Positions 9,961 to 19,377 of a stretch of 27,804 bases of DNA are shown here, in pieces. Every line of letters begins with the position of its first letter. The first letter of the stretch is position 1. The notes beneath the pieces were generated by a model. The model was not told where the DNA came from and did not search any database. It was given only the letters and a program-made list of their open reading frames with translations. The position numbers were made by a program, and so were the translations under genes. The stretch covers positions 1 through 27,804 of the forward strand of contig CAZGJX010000051.1 in the NCBI GenBank assembly GCA_964525635.1, written 5' to 3'. The stretch comes from an uncultured archaeon. GTDB taxonomy: Archaea; Asgardarchaeota; Lokiarchaeia; Sigyniarchaeales; SOKP01.

Positions 9961-12900
9961 TTAAGAAGAAAATGGTAAAGAAAAACTGAATGTACTTCCT
10001 TTATTTCTACCTTTAGAGGTTGCCCAAATATTTCCTCCATGAAGATCTATAATCTTTTTTGATATATATAATCCTAAGCCTGTACCTTCAATTCCCAAAT
10101 CCCATCCATGGCCATATCGCTCTATTTTACCAAATTGCTTAAATAATTGTTCCATTTCATTTTCAGTTAGTCCAACACCCGTATCTGTTATTGATATAAC
10201 AAAAGAATTATCTCTTATTTCTGAATTAATATCAATTTCACCATTTGGAGGAGTATATTTGATTGCATTTACGAGAAGATTAGAAATCACTTCATACATT
10301 CTTTCTTTATCAAACTTGATTATTAATTTGTCATGTATATTCAAATTTATTTTTTGATTTCTTAAATTGGCTAGACTTTGTAGTTCATTTACACAAAACC
10401 TAATTAAAAAAACTAAGTCATCTAATTTCTTATTTAATATTAAAAGGTTTTGATCCAATTTCGAGCTTTGTAATAACATATTTATTATTTTTTCGAGACG
10501 TTTAGCACCATCCATTATCTCTTCAACAATGGATATCATATCAGAGTCTAGTTTTGATTTATGAAGTTTTAATAGAAGTTCTGTGAATCCTTTTATTGAG
10601 ATAAGAGGCGTTTTTAATTCATGAGAGGTTCGGGAAAATAATTCCACTTTTAATTTATTCATTTCATTGAGCATTTTATTTTGATCCTCCAAGTTTTGTT
10701 TTACCTTCCATCTACTTTGTTCAATTGCTATCGCGTCTGATATTAAAAATAAGATTAACTGATGTTCATGAGAAATCACGGGATTATGATTAAAGAAAAC
10801 ACAAATAGCATCATTAAATTCATTTCGAGATTTTATTAATTTTCCATAACCACCTTTAATATTATAATTTAAAAGAAGAGGATCTGTTTTTGCATATCTA
10901 GTTTGATCAATATCTAAAATTGTTTGAGGAAAATCATGTTCACCTTTAAAAAATTCAAAAACAAAAAGGTCCCTATCATATTTTTCAAAATCATAATAAT
11001 AAAAGGTTCTATTATCATTTGTAAGAATTTTAAATTTCTTTTCCTCTTCGAATTTATGTATATGTACCGCTAAGGTTCCATCTAAGAAATTAACGCAAGT
11101 TGTTAGCAATAATTGAATGTTCCCTTGGATATCAGCAGTAAAATTTAGAAAATTAATATTTAATTCTGTTATTAATCTCTCATATATTTTTTTTTCGGTC
11201 ACATCATCTAACCATAATCTAAAGCTTATTAAATCTCCAATTTCATCAAATTGATTTGTTCTTTTTCCCGCTAACCATTTAGTTTTCCCAGTTTCATCAT
11301 AAATTCTAAATTCTAATTCTTTCTCTTCAGAAGAATTAAATATTTGATTAATATCTTCAGGATGGATTATTTTTAACATGAATTCCTTATTAATTTGCTC
11401 CTTTCGATAACCCAACATATTTAACAAGCTTGGGTTTATATAAGTAATATCATCATCTTTTAGATGTATTTCTAGAATACCAACCGAGGAGGAATTAAGT
11501 AATGAACGATATCGTTTTTCACTTATTTTTAAAGCTTTTTCTGCTCTCTTTCTTTGGAAAATCTTCCAAACTCCATCCATTAATAAGGTTAGTTGATTAA
11601 TATCTAAATCTGAATATTCTAAATCCTTATTAATTACACATGTCGAGGCAACAATTCTATTTCCCTCTTTAATAGGGATAGTTATATATCTATTTATTTT
11701 AAAATTCTTTAAATGATCTTTTTCAAATAAAGAAATACTATCATATATATTGTTTTTAATTGTCAGTTCTTTGATATTTAACAGATTTATTAAAAACTTC
11801 TTTTCACATTTATTAAATTTAAGTTTATTTGAATGGATCATTTGCAAATTATCTGAAAAATAAAACATATTTTTATTCATGCTTGGGATTACCAATATAG
11901 CTCCATAACTATTTGTTAATTCTACAGCTTTATTAATGGCAAATTCTCCTAATTCTCTTTCTGATACATCTCTCATTTGATTTAAAATAGCGAGAGTTTC
12001 TAATCGAAGTTTATTCAATTGTACTATTTTTTCAGATTTTTTAAAATCATCTATATCACGCATTATTACTTGAACTAGATTTTCACCATCTATTTTAGTT
12101 AAATTGGCTTGTATACTAATCCAAATTGTCTTATTCTTCTTAATAATCACTTTGATATCTGTTGGTTCAAAAAAATCATATTTTAAAACATTTTCAAATT
12201 CTTTAGTTAACTCATTAAAATTATAAGGGATTAGATTTTCAAAGGATTTAAAATTCTTCCCAATTAAGAATTCTTCCTCGATTTTAAAGAAACTTAGGAG
12301 TTTATTATTGGCGGTTAAAAATAAACCATTTGAATCTAATAAAGCAATCATGTTCGGAGAATTTTCAAATAAGTTCCTATATTTTTCACCTGATTCTTTA
12401 AGTTTTATTTCTGCTATTTTTTTTCTAGTTATATCAATAATTGTCGATAAATTAGCTTTTTCTCCCTTATAATTTATTGTAGTAGAAAAGTTATCAAGCC
12501 AAATGATCTTTCCGGATTCTTTAATTATCCTAAATTGGAAATGATTATCTATTTGTTCTCCTAATTGGGATTTATTCATTTTTTCTGTTACAAAATCTTT
12601 GTCATCTGGGTGGATAAGCTTAAGATATTCATATTCATCCCAATCTTTCAGTTCCTCAGGTTCAAAACCAAAAATATTTGCTAATTGACTGTTTATATAT
12701 TTAATTTTTCCATTTTGGATGATACAAATACCTACTAGTGAATGTTCAGAAATTGTTCTAAATTTTTGCTCTGATTCCATTAGTTCTTGTTTTGCTTTCT
12801 GTTTATCTGTAACATTTTCAACTGTTGCTATAATTCCATTAAATTCTCCTGTATCATTAAATAAAGGAGCAGAATTGATAGATAACATAAGTTTTTCTCC

Positions 12901-14064
12901 CCTTAAAGATTCAATCATATAATGGATGTCAAAGATTGGTGTTTTTATTTTATCTATCTTATAGAATAATAATTCTTCCTCAGTAATAATATTTCCATTA
13001 AAATCAGTAATTTTCCATGCAGGATCATTAACCTTCTTTTGAAGTATATCCCTTTTGTTTACATTAAATATCTTTTCTGCCCGACTGTTTATGAATGTAA
13101 TGATACCTTTTTTATTTAATATAATTATTCCAACTGGGCTAGTTTCCATAATACGTTCTAATATATCACGTTCTCTACGCAATTCATATTCTTTTTCCTT
13201 AATTTCAGTTATATCATCATATGAAACTAAAAGACCTACTGGATTCTTTTCTGAATCATATAATGGTATTCTATTTATTTTTAAGAGAGAATCTTTTCCA
13301 TTTATTTTCCATGTCGTAAATTCATTGGATTGTATATTACCTGATTGAATAACTAATCTTTCATGTTCATTAAGTTTTAATAATTTATTTTTATTTGATA
13401 TTAAATCTTTATCCTGTTTGCCTATTATATTCTCTGGAAATTCAACGCCAATTAATTTTGCATAGTGATCATTACACCCAAGGTAATTTAGATTTCTATC
13501 CTTCCAAAAAATATATTCAGGAATGTTTTCAATAACGATTTGAAGCATTTCATAAGAATTATATAATGCTTCTTCAAATCTTTCTGGACTAAATAATTTC
13601 CAAAATTTAATTTCTGGAATCTTTTTAGTGATAACTTTAAGTGAATCTTTACTTTCATCTAATATCTTTTCTAAATTTTTTTGTTTTGATATAGATTTAA
13701 GATTAATCAAAATCTTCTTCTCATTAGATGAGTTTAAATATGGATTTATATTGATTTCAAACCATTTTTCCTTATTTGTTTTATCAATAATTATAATTTC
13801 AGTTGGGAAATTAGAAATTGATTTTTTCTGTTTCAGAATCTTAATTATATCATTTCTATATTCTCGATGAACTATTTTTAGAAATGATTTACCAATTAAA
13901 TCTTCATTAGTAAATTGAAGTATTTTTTTATAGACATTTTCATTAATAAATATAAATTTAAAATCATGATCTGGTTCAAGAATCCCTATTAATTCATTGA
14001 TATTATTTAGAATTAATTGATATATTTCCTCTGAATCATAATCTTTAAAATGATCTGGTTTCAT
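9961..14064 (-). CDS. Cytoplasmic multi-PAS/GAF sensor histidine kinase
   Basis: About six PAS/PAC repeats (e.g. IFWKDRNLNYLGCN, PVGIIILNKKG, IHPDDKD, IHPEDIN), GAF-like regions, H-box SHELKTPL, N-box NLLVNAIKYT, G1 DTGVG and G2 GTGLGL. No transmembrane segment evident. Confidence 0.93.
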   Translation of the reverse strand: MKPDHFKDYDSEEIYQLILNNINELIGILEPDHDFKFIFINENVYKKILQFTNEDLIGKSFLKIVHREYRNDIIKILKQKKSISNFPTEIIIIDKTNKEKWFEININPYLNSSNEKKILINLKSISKQKNLEKILDESKDSLKVITKKIPEIKFWKLFSPERFEEALYNSYEMLQIVIENIPEYIFWKDRNLNYLGCNDHYAKLIGVEFPENIIGKQDKDLISNKNKLLKLNEHERLVIQSGNIQSNEFTTWKINGKDSLLKINRIPLYDSEKNPVGLLVSYDDITEIKEKEYELRRERDILERIMETSPVGIIILNKKGIITFINSRAEKIFNVNKRDILQKKVNDPAWKITDFNGNIITEEELLFYKIDKIKTPIFDIHYMIESLRGEKLMLSINSAPLFNDTGEFNGIIATVENVTDKQKAKQELMESEQKFRTISEHSLVGICIIQNGKIKYINSQLANIFGFEPEELKDWDEYEYLKLIHPDDKDFVTEKMNKSQLGEQIDNHFQFRIIKESGKIIWLDNFSTTINYKGEKANLSTIIDITRKKIAEIKLKESGEKYRNLFENSPNMIALLDSNGLFLTANNKLLSFFKIEEEFLIGKNFKSFENLIPYNFNELTKEFENVLKYDFFEPTDIKVIIKKNKTIWISIQANLTKIDGENLVQVIMRDIDDFKKSEKIVQLNKLRLETLAILNQMRDVSERELGEFAINKAVELTNSYGAILVIPSMNKNMFYFSDNLQMIHSNKLKFNKCEKKFLINLLNIKELTIKNNIYDSISLFEKDHLKNFKINRYITIPIKEGNRIVASTCVINKDLEYSDLDINQLTLLMDGVWKIFQRKRAEKALKISEKRYRSLLNSSSVGILEIHLKDDDITYINPSLLNMLGYRKEQINKEFMLKIIHPEDINQIFNSSEEKELEFRIYDETGKTKWLAGKRTNQFDEIGDLISFRLWLDDVTEKKIYERLITELNINFLNFTADIQGNIQLLLTTCVNFLDGTLAVHIHKFEEEKKFKILTNDNRTFYYYDFEKYDRDLFVFEFFKGEHDFPQTILDIDQTRYAKTDPLLLNYNIKGGYGKLIKSRNEFNDAICVFFNHNPVISHEHQLILFLISDAIAIEQSRWKVKQNLEDQNKMLNEMNKLKVELFSRTSHELKTPLISIKGFTELLLKLHKSKLDSDMISIVEEIMDGAKRLEKIINMLLQSSKLDQNLLILNKKLDDLVFLIRFCVNELQSLANLRNQKINLNIHDKLIIKFDKERMYEVISNLLVNAIKYTPPNGEIDINSEIRDNSFVISITDTGVGLTENEMEQLFKQFGKIERYGHGWDLGIEGTGLGLYISKKIIDLHGGNIWATSKGRNKGSTFSFSLPFSS

Positions 14065-14283
14065 TTATTCTTCAAATGGTAGTCTATTCATTTAAAAATT
14101 TTTGTACTTTATCAAGAAATTATTATTTTATTTAAAATATATTTTTTTTTTTTTTAAAGTATCAATTTATAATTATAATTAAAAAAAACTCCCAATATTT
14201 AAAAATAAATTTAGAATAAATTCTTTTTAATTGTAAAATATCAATCTTTTTTTTTCTTGAAAATTAGTTAAGTTATTAGAGAA

Positions 14284-16005
14284 TTATACTCCATTGATAA
14301 TTTTACACTTTGGTGTATAATATTCTCCTATTTCATAATTATTAAAATTAATACTGTAATGATCTCTCCAATGTTTTTTAATTTCTTCTATAGTTATTTG
14401 ATAAAGATCGTCCTTTATCTGTCCTTCTGATACTAAAGTGGCACCTATTGGACTTGTTACAATATTGCCATTATGAACAACAATTTGACCGTCTTTAACT
14501 GTATATACTGAATTTGAAAATGCCTTTTCTATAATATGACCATTTAAATGTTTAGGATCAAGTTTGTAAATAGATACATCTCCTATAGCACCTATTCCAA
14601 AATGTCCTCGATCTGTCATTCCTAGAGATTTAGAAGTACCGGCTCTTGTCATTATGCAGATTTCACTTAGAGTCAATTCACGATCAAGATTTGCTAAAGT
14701 TGTTTGAGAAGTAGCTTTCTTAGAAACTTGATTTTCAAGCATATCATTTCTTGATTTTTTATCCATTAACCATCTAATTATTTTTGGATAATAAATAAAA
14801 GGACCTCCATTAGGATGGTCAGTTGTCATAAAAATTTGCCATGGATTTTTAATCAATAGGGCTAATTCAAGACCTATTGCCCATTGAATTGCATTAACAC
14901 CAACTTTAGGATCAAAAAAGTATGGAACAATTCCTGAACCTGATTCACTTTCTACCTGACCATTAATCCATTTAACGCCTGGTTTTGAACCCCAGCTACT
15001 CATACCTCCTATATGATGGAGTGCAAATTCCCAAGGACCGTCAGCAGTCATGGTTGTGGTTGCTGCTTTAGAGAAAACAACTTGACCCATGTCCATGGTG
15101 ATATGATCGTGAGAATTTATATATTTTGCAATTTCAGGTGCTTCAGAACAGAAATTACTCCAATTAGATCCTCCATATGCATTAAATTGACAATGGGTAA
15201 AATGTAATACACTATCTCTTCCATTTTTGGCAGTTAATTTTTCTGCTATTTTGAAAGTTTCAAGAGAATATTCATAATTTCCTGGATGTCCCAGATTATT
15301 TCCATGGACATGAATAGTATGAGGTAATTTTAATATTTCATTTACTTTTCCTAATCCTTCTAGAATTTCTCTTGGACTTACTTCAAAATGAAAAACATGA
15401 TCATCAAGACTATCAACATTTTTTCCCCATGCCCAATTTTCAACTCCCCCAGGATTTACAATCTTCACAGCATATCCTTTTGTAACCTTTAAAATCCATG
15501 CTATATATCCTGCTAATTTTTTCCAGTCTCTCTGCTTGATGAATTCCATTACATACCAATTGTTTCCAAACAATGGAAAAGCTGCTTTATCAATTATTGG
15601 TATTGCTAAAAATTCTTCATGTGTATGTCGAGCCTCCAATAACGGCATAGCCGGTTCAACCACAGTTGTATAACCTAATTTGGCATAACGATATCCAGTC
15701 ACCCATGTTGAAGGTACAGAATATCCTACTCCTGATCTTGAGGTCTTAGTTCGTAGAACAGGATCTATAAAATGGTCTTCAGGTCGAAATGCTCTTCCTT
15801 TATTTACTTTCGGTCCTGCGATGTGAGAATGAATATCTACTCCACCAGGGAATATTATCATACCTGACACATCAATAACTTTTGCATTAATATCTGGATT
15901 CTCTGATATCAATCCCTCTTTTATATATATATCTTTTTTTTCACCATTTATTCCGTTAAGAGGGTCGTAGACCAGACCGTTTTTAATTGTTAGAGAATTC
16001 TTCAT
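14284..16005 (-). CDS. fwdA: Formylmethanofuran dehydrogenase subunit A (amidohydrolase)
   Basis: PGGVDIHSHIAGPKVN, GYRYAKLGYTT, AVKIVNPGG, IHVHGNNLG, HFTHCQF, TMTADGP, WAIGLE and TTDHPNGGPF. Confidence 0.94.
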   Translation of the reverse strand: MKNSLTIKNGLVYDPLNGINGEKKDIYIKEGLISENPDINAKVIDVSGMIIFPGGVDIHSHIAGPKVNKGRAFRPEDHFIDPVLRTKTSRSGVGYSVPSTWVTGYRYAKLGYTTVVEPAMPLLEARHTHEEFLAIPIIDKAAFPLFGNNWYVMEFIKQRDWKKLAGYIAWILKVTKGYAVKIVNPGGVENWAWGKNVDSLDDHVFHFEVSPREILEGLGKVNEILKLPHTIHVHGNNLGHPGNYEYSLETFKIAEKLTAKNGRDSVLHFTHCQFNAYGGSNWSNFCSEAPEIAKYINSHDHITMDMGQVVFSKAATTTMTADGPWEFALHHIGGMSSWGSKPGVKWINGQVESESGSGIVPYFFDPKVGVNAIQWAIGLELALLIKNPWQIFMTTDHPNGGPFIYYPKIIRWLMDKKSRNDMLENQVSKKATSQTTLANLDRELTLSEICIMTRAGTSKSLGMTDRGHFGIGAIGDVSIYKLDPKHLNGHIIEKAFSNSVYTVKDGQIVVHNGNIVTSPIGATLVSEGQIKDDLYQITIEEIKKHWRDHYSINFNNYEIGEYYTPKCKIINGV

Positions 16006-16207
16006 CTTTAAATACTAAAATTATAGCTATATAATTGATGAGATTTTGTACTATTATATCTTCTTCTAATTAAAAAAAGTAACATAACATAAAAATAGAT
16101 TTTTTATTTTAGAAAACTTAATTCCGATATCATCAGATTTCTTTAATTATATGATAATCAAGAAATTGATATTAAGGTTTTTTTGCCTAATTTTAGAACT
16201 TTCTAAA

Positions 16208-16350
16208 TTATTCAAATAGGTAAATTACAGTTACTAAAAATCTGGACATTTATGGACATCCTCTTTATTGACCTGTAACTGAAGGTCCTGACAACCCATA
16301 TAGGGAATATCAATATGTGGTGGAATTTTATGATAGTTCTTCTGTCTCTT
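16208..16350 (-). ncRNA. Predicted omegaRNA (reRNA): scaffold overlapping the tnpB 3' end plus a flanking guide; 5' boundary unknown
   Basis: On the minus strand, hairpin GACCT-TCAGTTAC-AGGTC (16287-16270) has a loop CAGTTAC complementary to the terminal GTAACTG (16234-16228). The putative guide is 16227-16208. Confidence 0.65.
16228..16260 (+). repeat. IS607 right end with two 10-bp-period subterminal repeats
   Basis: CAGTTACTAAAAA-TCTGGACATT-TATGGACATC (plus strand). Confidence 0.75.
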
Positions 16351-18630
16351 CACGATATTTCTTGAAGCATTAAGGTCAGAATCCAATCGAAATCCACAAT
16401 GGGAGCATTTAAAATGGTTTCCCTCCCGTATACCAATGGTTCCACAACAAGAGCATATTTTTGATGTGTTGCGAGCAGACACCTTCTGAAACTGTATGGA
16501 ATGTAATTGACATTGAAGCTGTAGTGCTGTTTGAATTTGTGAATAAAACCAATGAGTCTGCCAGAAGGATAAATACTTCCCAGCATCTTTTTTCCGTGAA
16601 TGAGACGCCCATCTTAAATCTTCGACCTTAATTGTTGAGATATTATAGTAGGTTGCAATTGAAAGTATCGCATGACTTAGGAGGTGAACTACGTGGTAAT
16701 GGAGGCGATGGAGGCGTTCCCAACAGAGGGAAAGGGTTCTTCTGATTTTATTCCAATTTAGTTTCTTACGATAATTAGAAATATTATTTTGTAATAGGCG
16801 CTGTTCATAGTTATTTTTCTTCTTTTGGAGCGCTTTTATTTGCTCACGAAGGCGTATAAGCTTTATTTTAATATTAGAGGGGGTTCTCCCTGAAGGAGGT
16901 ATGGTAAGAGAATTAAACGTACCCTCTGTATGATTGAATTTCATATCAAAGAGCTGTTTTGTACCAAGAAAATATCGTGCGATCTCTTTATTCTGCTCTT
17001 TATTCCATATACTTAAAACCGCTAAATGCTTTAATCCTAAATCTATTCCCATCTCAAGTGCGCAATTTTGAGCAATCAGAGATGGTTTCGAACAATCTTT
17101 TTTGTGTGTTTGAAAAGGAAGGTGTAAAAGCAATTTACGGTTTTTTAACGATATTCTTGGAAGAGCAGGGATAAAGTGATTATGGAGAAGTTGCTTAATT
17201 CTCCCTTTCTCATCTTTTATTTTAAATGTCTTAAATTGATGAGCTAATAGACCTAATTTAATTAAAAAATCCTTCTTTTGTTCTTTATTTCCAAAATATT
17301 CCTTATATACATCTCGATTGATAACTGAAAGTGATAGCATTTTATGATGGGGTATTGCTATAATAGATAGTATATTTTCTTTCAACGTTTGGAGGCGGCT
17401 ATTCATTAAAGAAATAATCTGCTCAGAAATTACCTCCTCTTTTAAGAGTTCTCGAATCTTGTATTGAAGCTTAGTGGTAAAATAGGTGATAAAAGCATCA
17501 TAATGCATCCCATCTATTGGAATTTTAGGAAAATGAGGCTTAAATAACCTTCTAAGCACATATTGGTTGTGATGTTGTTTTATATCCAACAGCTCACTTT
17601 CAAAACTCTTTTGTATAAGGAGATCTATTTCAAATGATTTAACTCTCTTCTTAAGTTCTTTTTGAAATGGCTTTAAAATCAGAGCTTGCTTCTTTTTAAA
17701 TTCATGTTGTGAAGAGAATGTAGTCTCTCCAATTAAGAGTGAGAGAGAAGTACTTATTTTGTCTAAACTTAGGTGAAAAGAGGAAAGTTTAGTTTTCTTC
17801 TTTTTCTCTTGTTCCTGTTTTATTTTCTTTTTCAATGAAAGTATTTGCTGAGCTTTTCTGGTGGTTATCCATTGAAGTTGTCGTATATAGCAATCTACCA
17901 TGTAGTCCGTAAGATCAGAAGGAAGAACTGAAATTCTATTGCCTTTCTTTGTTCTATGAAAGCCAGTTGAAATTTGCCCAATCAGATCATCCGTAAGATG
18001 TAGATTTTGAACGCTTTCTCTCATTTTTGCTTGTAGGGCGTTTGAGCCGCTATACTCTGAATAGAGAGATTCCATCCCAAAATCATTGCACGAGAGAAAG
18101 AGATTCCTCACTTGTAGTATGTAATTATTGAGAAAATCATTACTTAAATCCTGTCTTTTTCCAAAACAATCATTTCTCAGTAATTTTTTTATTTCTTTTA
18201 ATGTTTCTGAGCGAAATCGCTTACCTCTAAGAAAAGAAAGAGTAAATGCTCTATCCTTCCTAATTATGTCTGTTAAATAACCAATAATTCGCTTAAGATT
18301 TTCAACTCGCTTTATCCATTCCCTTACAGATAAATAAGCATCATAAAAAGCACATTGTTTTGCTCGTTCTTTTAGCTTTAATTTCTGAAATTGAGAAGAG
18401 AGAACTTGACTAAAATTAAGACGATCATACACCGCTTGGCGAAATCTGCTTATTGATGATGATTTGTAAGAATGATATGAATTTTCTTTTATATCAGCAA
18501 TCATTAACGCTGTATACCTATTTTTCAATGCTCGTTCTTTTACAAGAAGATTGGTCATTTCTTTATAGGATTGATAAGGGCGTTTTTGAGGAAGGAGTGC
18601 AAATGTCCGAGTAATGGTTATTGCTGACAT
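16234..18630 (-). CDS. tnpB: RNA-guided endonuclease TnpB (Cas12/Fanzor-related), unusually large (798 aa)
   Basis: RuvC-I MGIDLGLKHLA (D530), RuvC-II IKVEDL (E670), Zn finger TSKICSCCG...FKCSHCG, RuvC-III DSDLNASRNI (D752). Lies downstream of IS607 tnpA. Confidence 0.9.
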   Translation of the reverse strand: MSAITITRTFALLPQKRPYQSYKEMTNLLVKERALKNRYTALMIADIKENSYHSYKSSSISRFRQAVYDRLNFSQVLSSQFQKLKLKERAKQCAFYDAYLSVREWIKRVENLKRIIGYLTDIIRKDRAFTLSFLRGKRFRSETLKEIKKLLRNDCFGKRQDLSNDFLNNYILQVRNLFLSCNDFGMESLYSEYSGSNALQAKMRESVQNLHLTDDLIGQISTGFHRTKKGNRISVLPSDLTDYMVDCYIRQLQWITTRKAQQILSLKKKIKQEQEKKKKTKLSSFHLSLDKISTSLSLLIGETTFSSQHEFKKKQALILKPFQKELKKRVKSFEIDLLIQKSFESELLDIKQHHNQYVLRRLFKPHFPKIPIDGMHYDAFITYFTTKLQYKIRELLKEEVISEQIISLMNSRLQTLKENILSIIAIPHHKMLSLSVINRDVYKEYFGNKEQKKDFLIKLGLLAHQFKTFKIKDEKGRIKQLLHNHFIPALPRISLKNRKLLLHLPFQTHKKDCSKPSLIAQNCALEMGIDLGLKHLAVLSIWNKEQNKEIARYFLGTKQLFDMKFNHTEGTFNSLTIPPSGRTPSNIKIKLIRLREQIKALQKKKNNYEQRLLQNNISNYRKKLNWNKIRRTLSLCWERLHRLHYHVVHLLSHAILSIATYYNISTIKVEDLRWASHSRKKDAGKYLSFWQTHWFYSQIQTALQLQCQLHSIQFQKVSARNTSKICSCCGTIGIREGNHFKCSHCGFRLDSDLNASRNIVKRQKNYHKIPPHIDIPYMGCQDLQLQVNKEDVHKCPDF

Positions 18631-18703
18631 AATGTATTATACATAAGGAGATAAAACCAGAAATGAGACAAATATATTTAATGATGCAGAGAGAATTGAT
18701 TTT

Positions 18704-19312
18704 CTAATTTTTTCCTTGTTCAGTACGTCTCATCCGGTAGAGCTTTCCGCTAAAAGAGTGAATGATTGCTACAAGATCCTCAATTAATTCGCTCTCGGGA
18801 CTTTTATCGTCTAACTTATTAATACAGAGAAGGGAGATATTAAATTCTAATAAATAACTTTTTAAATACATATATCCAAATCGAGTAAGTCTATCTTTAA
18901 AATTCAGTAATACAATTGAAAAATCATGCTTTTTACCGTCTCTGATGAGTTTCCATAATCCTTTTCTTGTTGTATTTAATCCTGAACCAATATCCTTGTA
19001 GACCTTAATGATACAAAGATGATTCACCAGAGCATAGCGCTTTAAAGCTTCAATTTGCCGATCTAAGCCCCCTCTTTTTGATTGTTTATGGCTTGAAACC
19101 CTAGCATAGATTGCACATTTTAAGTTTGGAGACTCTAATTCAATAGAAGGGGTTTTTCTATGTCTCAGTAAGAGCCTTCTTATTTCATCCATAGAAATCC
19201 TTCGATGACCTCCAAGCGTTCTCACACAGCATATCTTCTTTTTTAATTCCCATCTTCTTATTGTTTTTATACATACACCTAAAATTGAAGCAGCAATTCC
19301 AATAGAATACAT
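18704..19312 (-). CDS. tnpA: IS607-family transposase TnpA (MerR-like HTH plus serine recombinase)
   Basis: N-terminal HTH (AASILGVCIKTIRRWE..RTLGGHRR), catalytic AIYARVSS, DIGSGLN, DRLTRFG and ELIEDLVAIIHSFSGKLY. Confidence 0.94.
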   Translation of the reverse strand: MYSIGIAASILGVCIKTIRRWELKKKICCVRTLGGHRRISMDEIRRLLLRHRKTPSIELESPNLKCAIYARVSSHKQSKRGGLDRQIEALKRYALVNHLCIIKVYKDIGSGLNTTRKGLWKLIRDGKKHDFSIVLLNFKDRLTRFGYMYLKSYLLEFNISLLCINKLDDKSPESELIEDLVAIIHSFSGKLYRMRRTEQGKN

Positions 19313-19377
19313 AATTCATTAAGAAAACAAGTTGATAATAAAAGAATATATGATAATTATAACAGAACCATTTATTA

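Noticed and set aside
16699-16716. 9-nt tandem repeat ATGGAGGCG x2 in tnpB
   Set aside because: It is an in-frame RLH-RLH duplication with only two units and no evident function.
1335-17174. Short overlapping ORFs (1335..1532, 4427..4609, 7478..7720, 12719..12922, 13055..13348, 13628..13870, 15013..15207, 16350..16586, 16409..16612, 16959..17174)
   Set aside because: All are antisense or alternate-frame shadows inside well-supported genes and show no motifs.
19058-19085. TnpA inactivation because it reads GGLDRQ where DLxRQ is common
   Set aside because: The catalytic YARVSS and DRLTRFG motifs are intact, and the effect cannot be judged from sequence.
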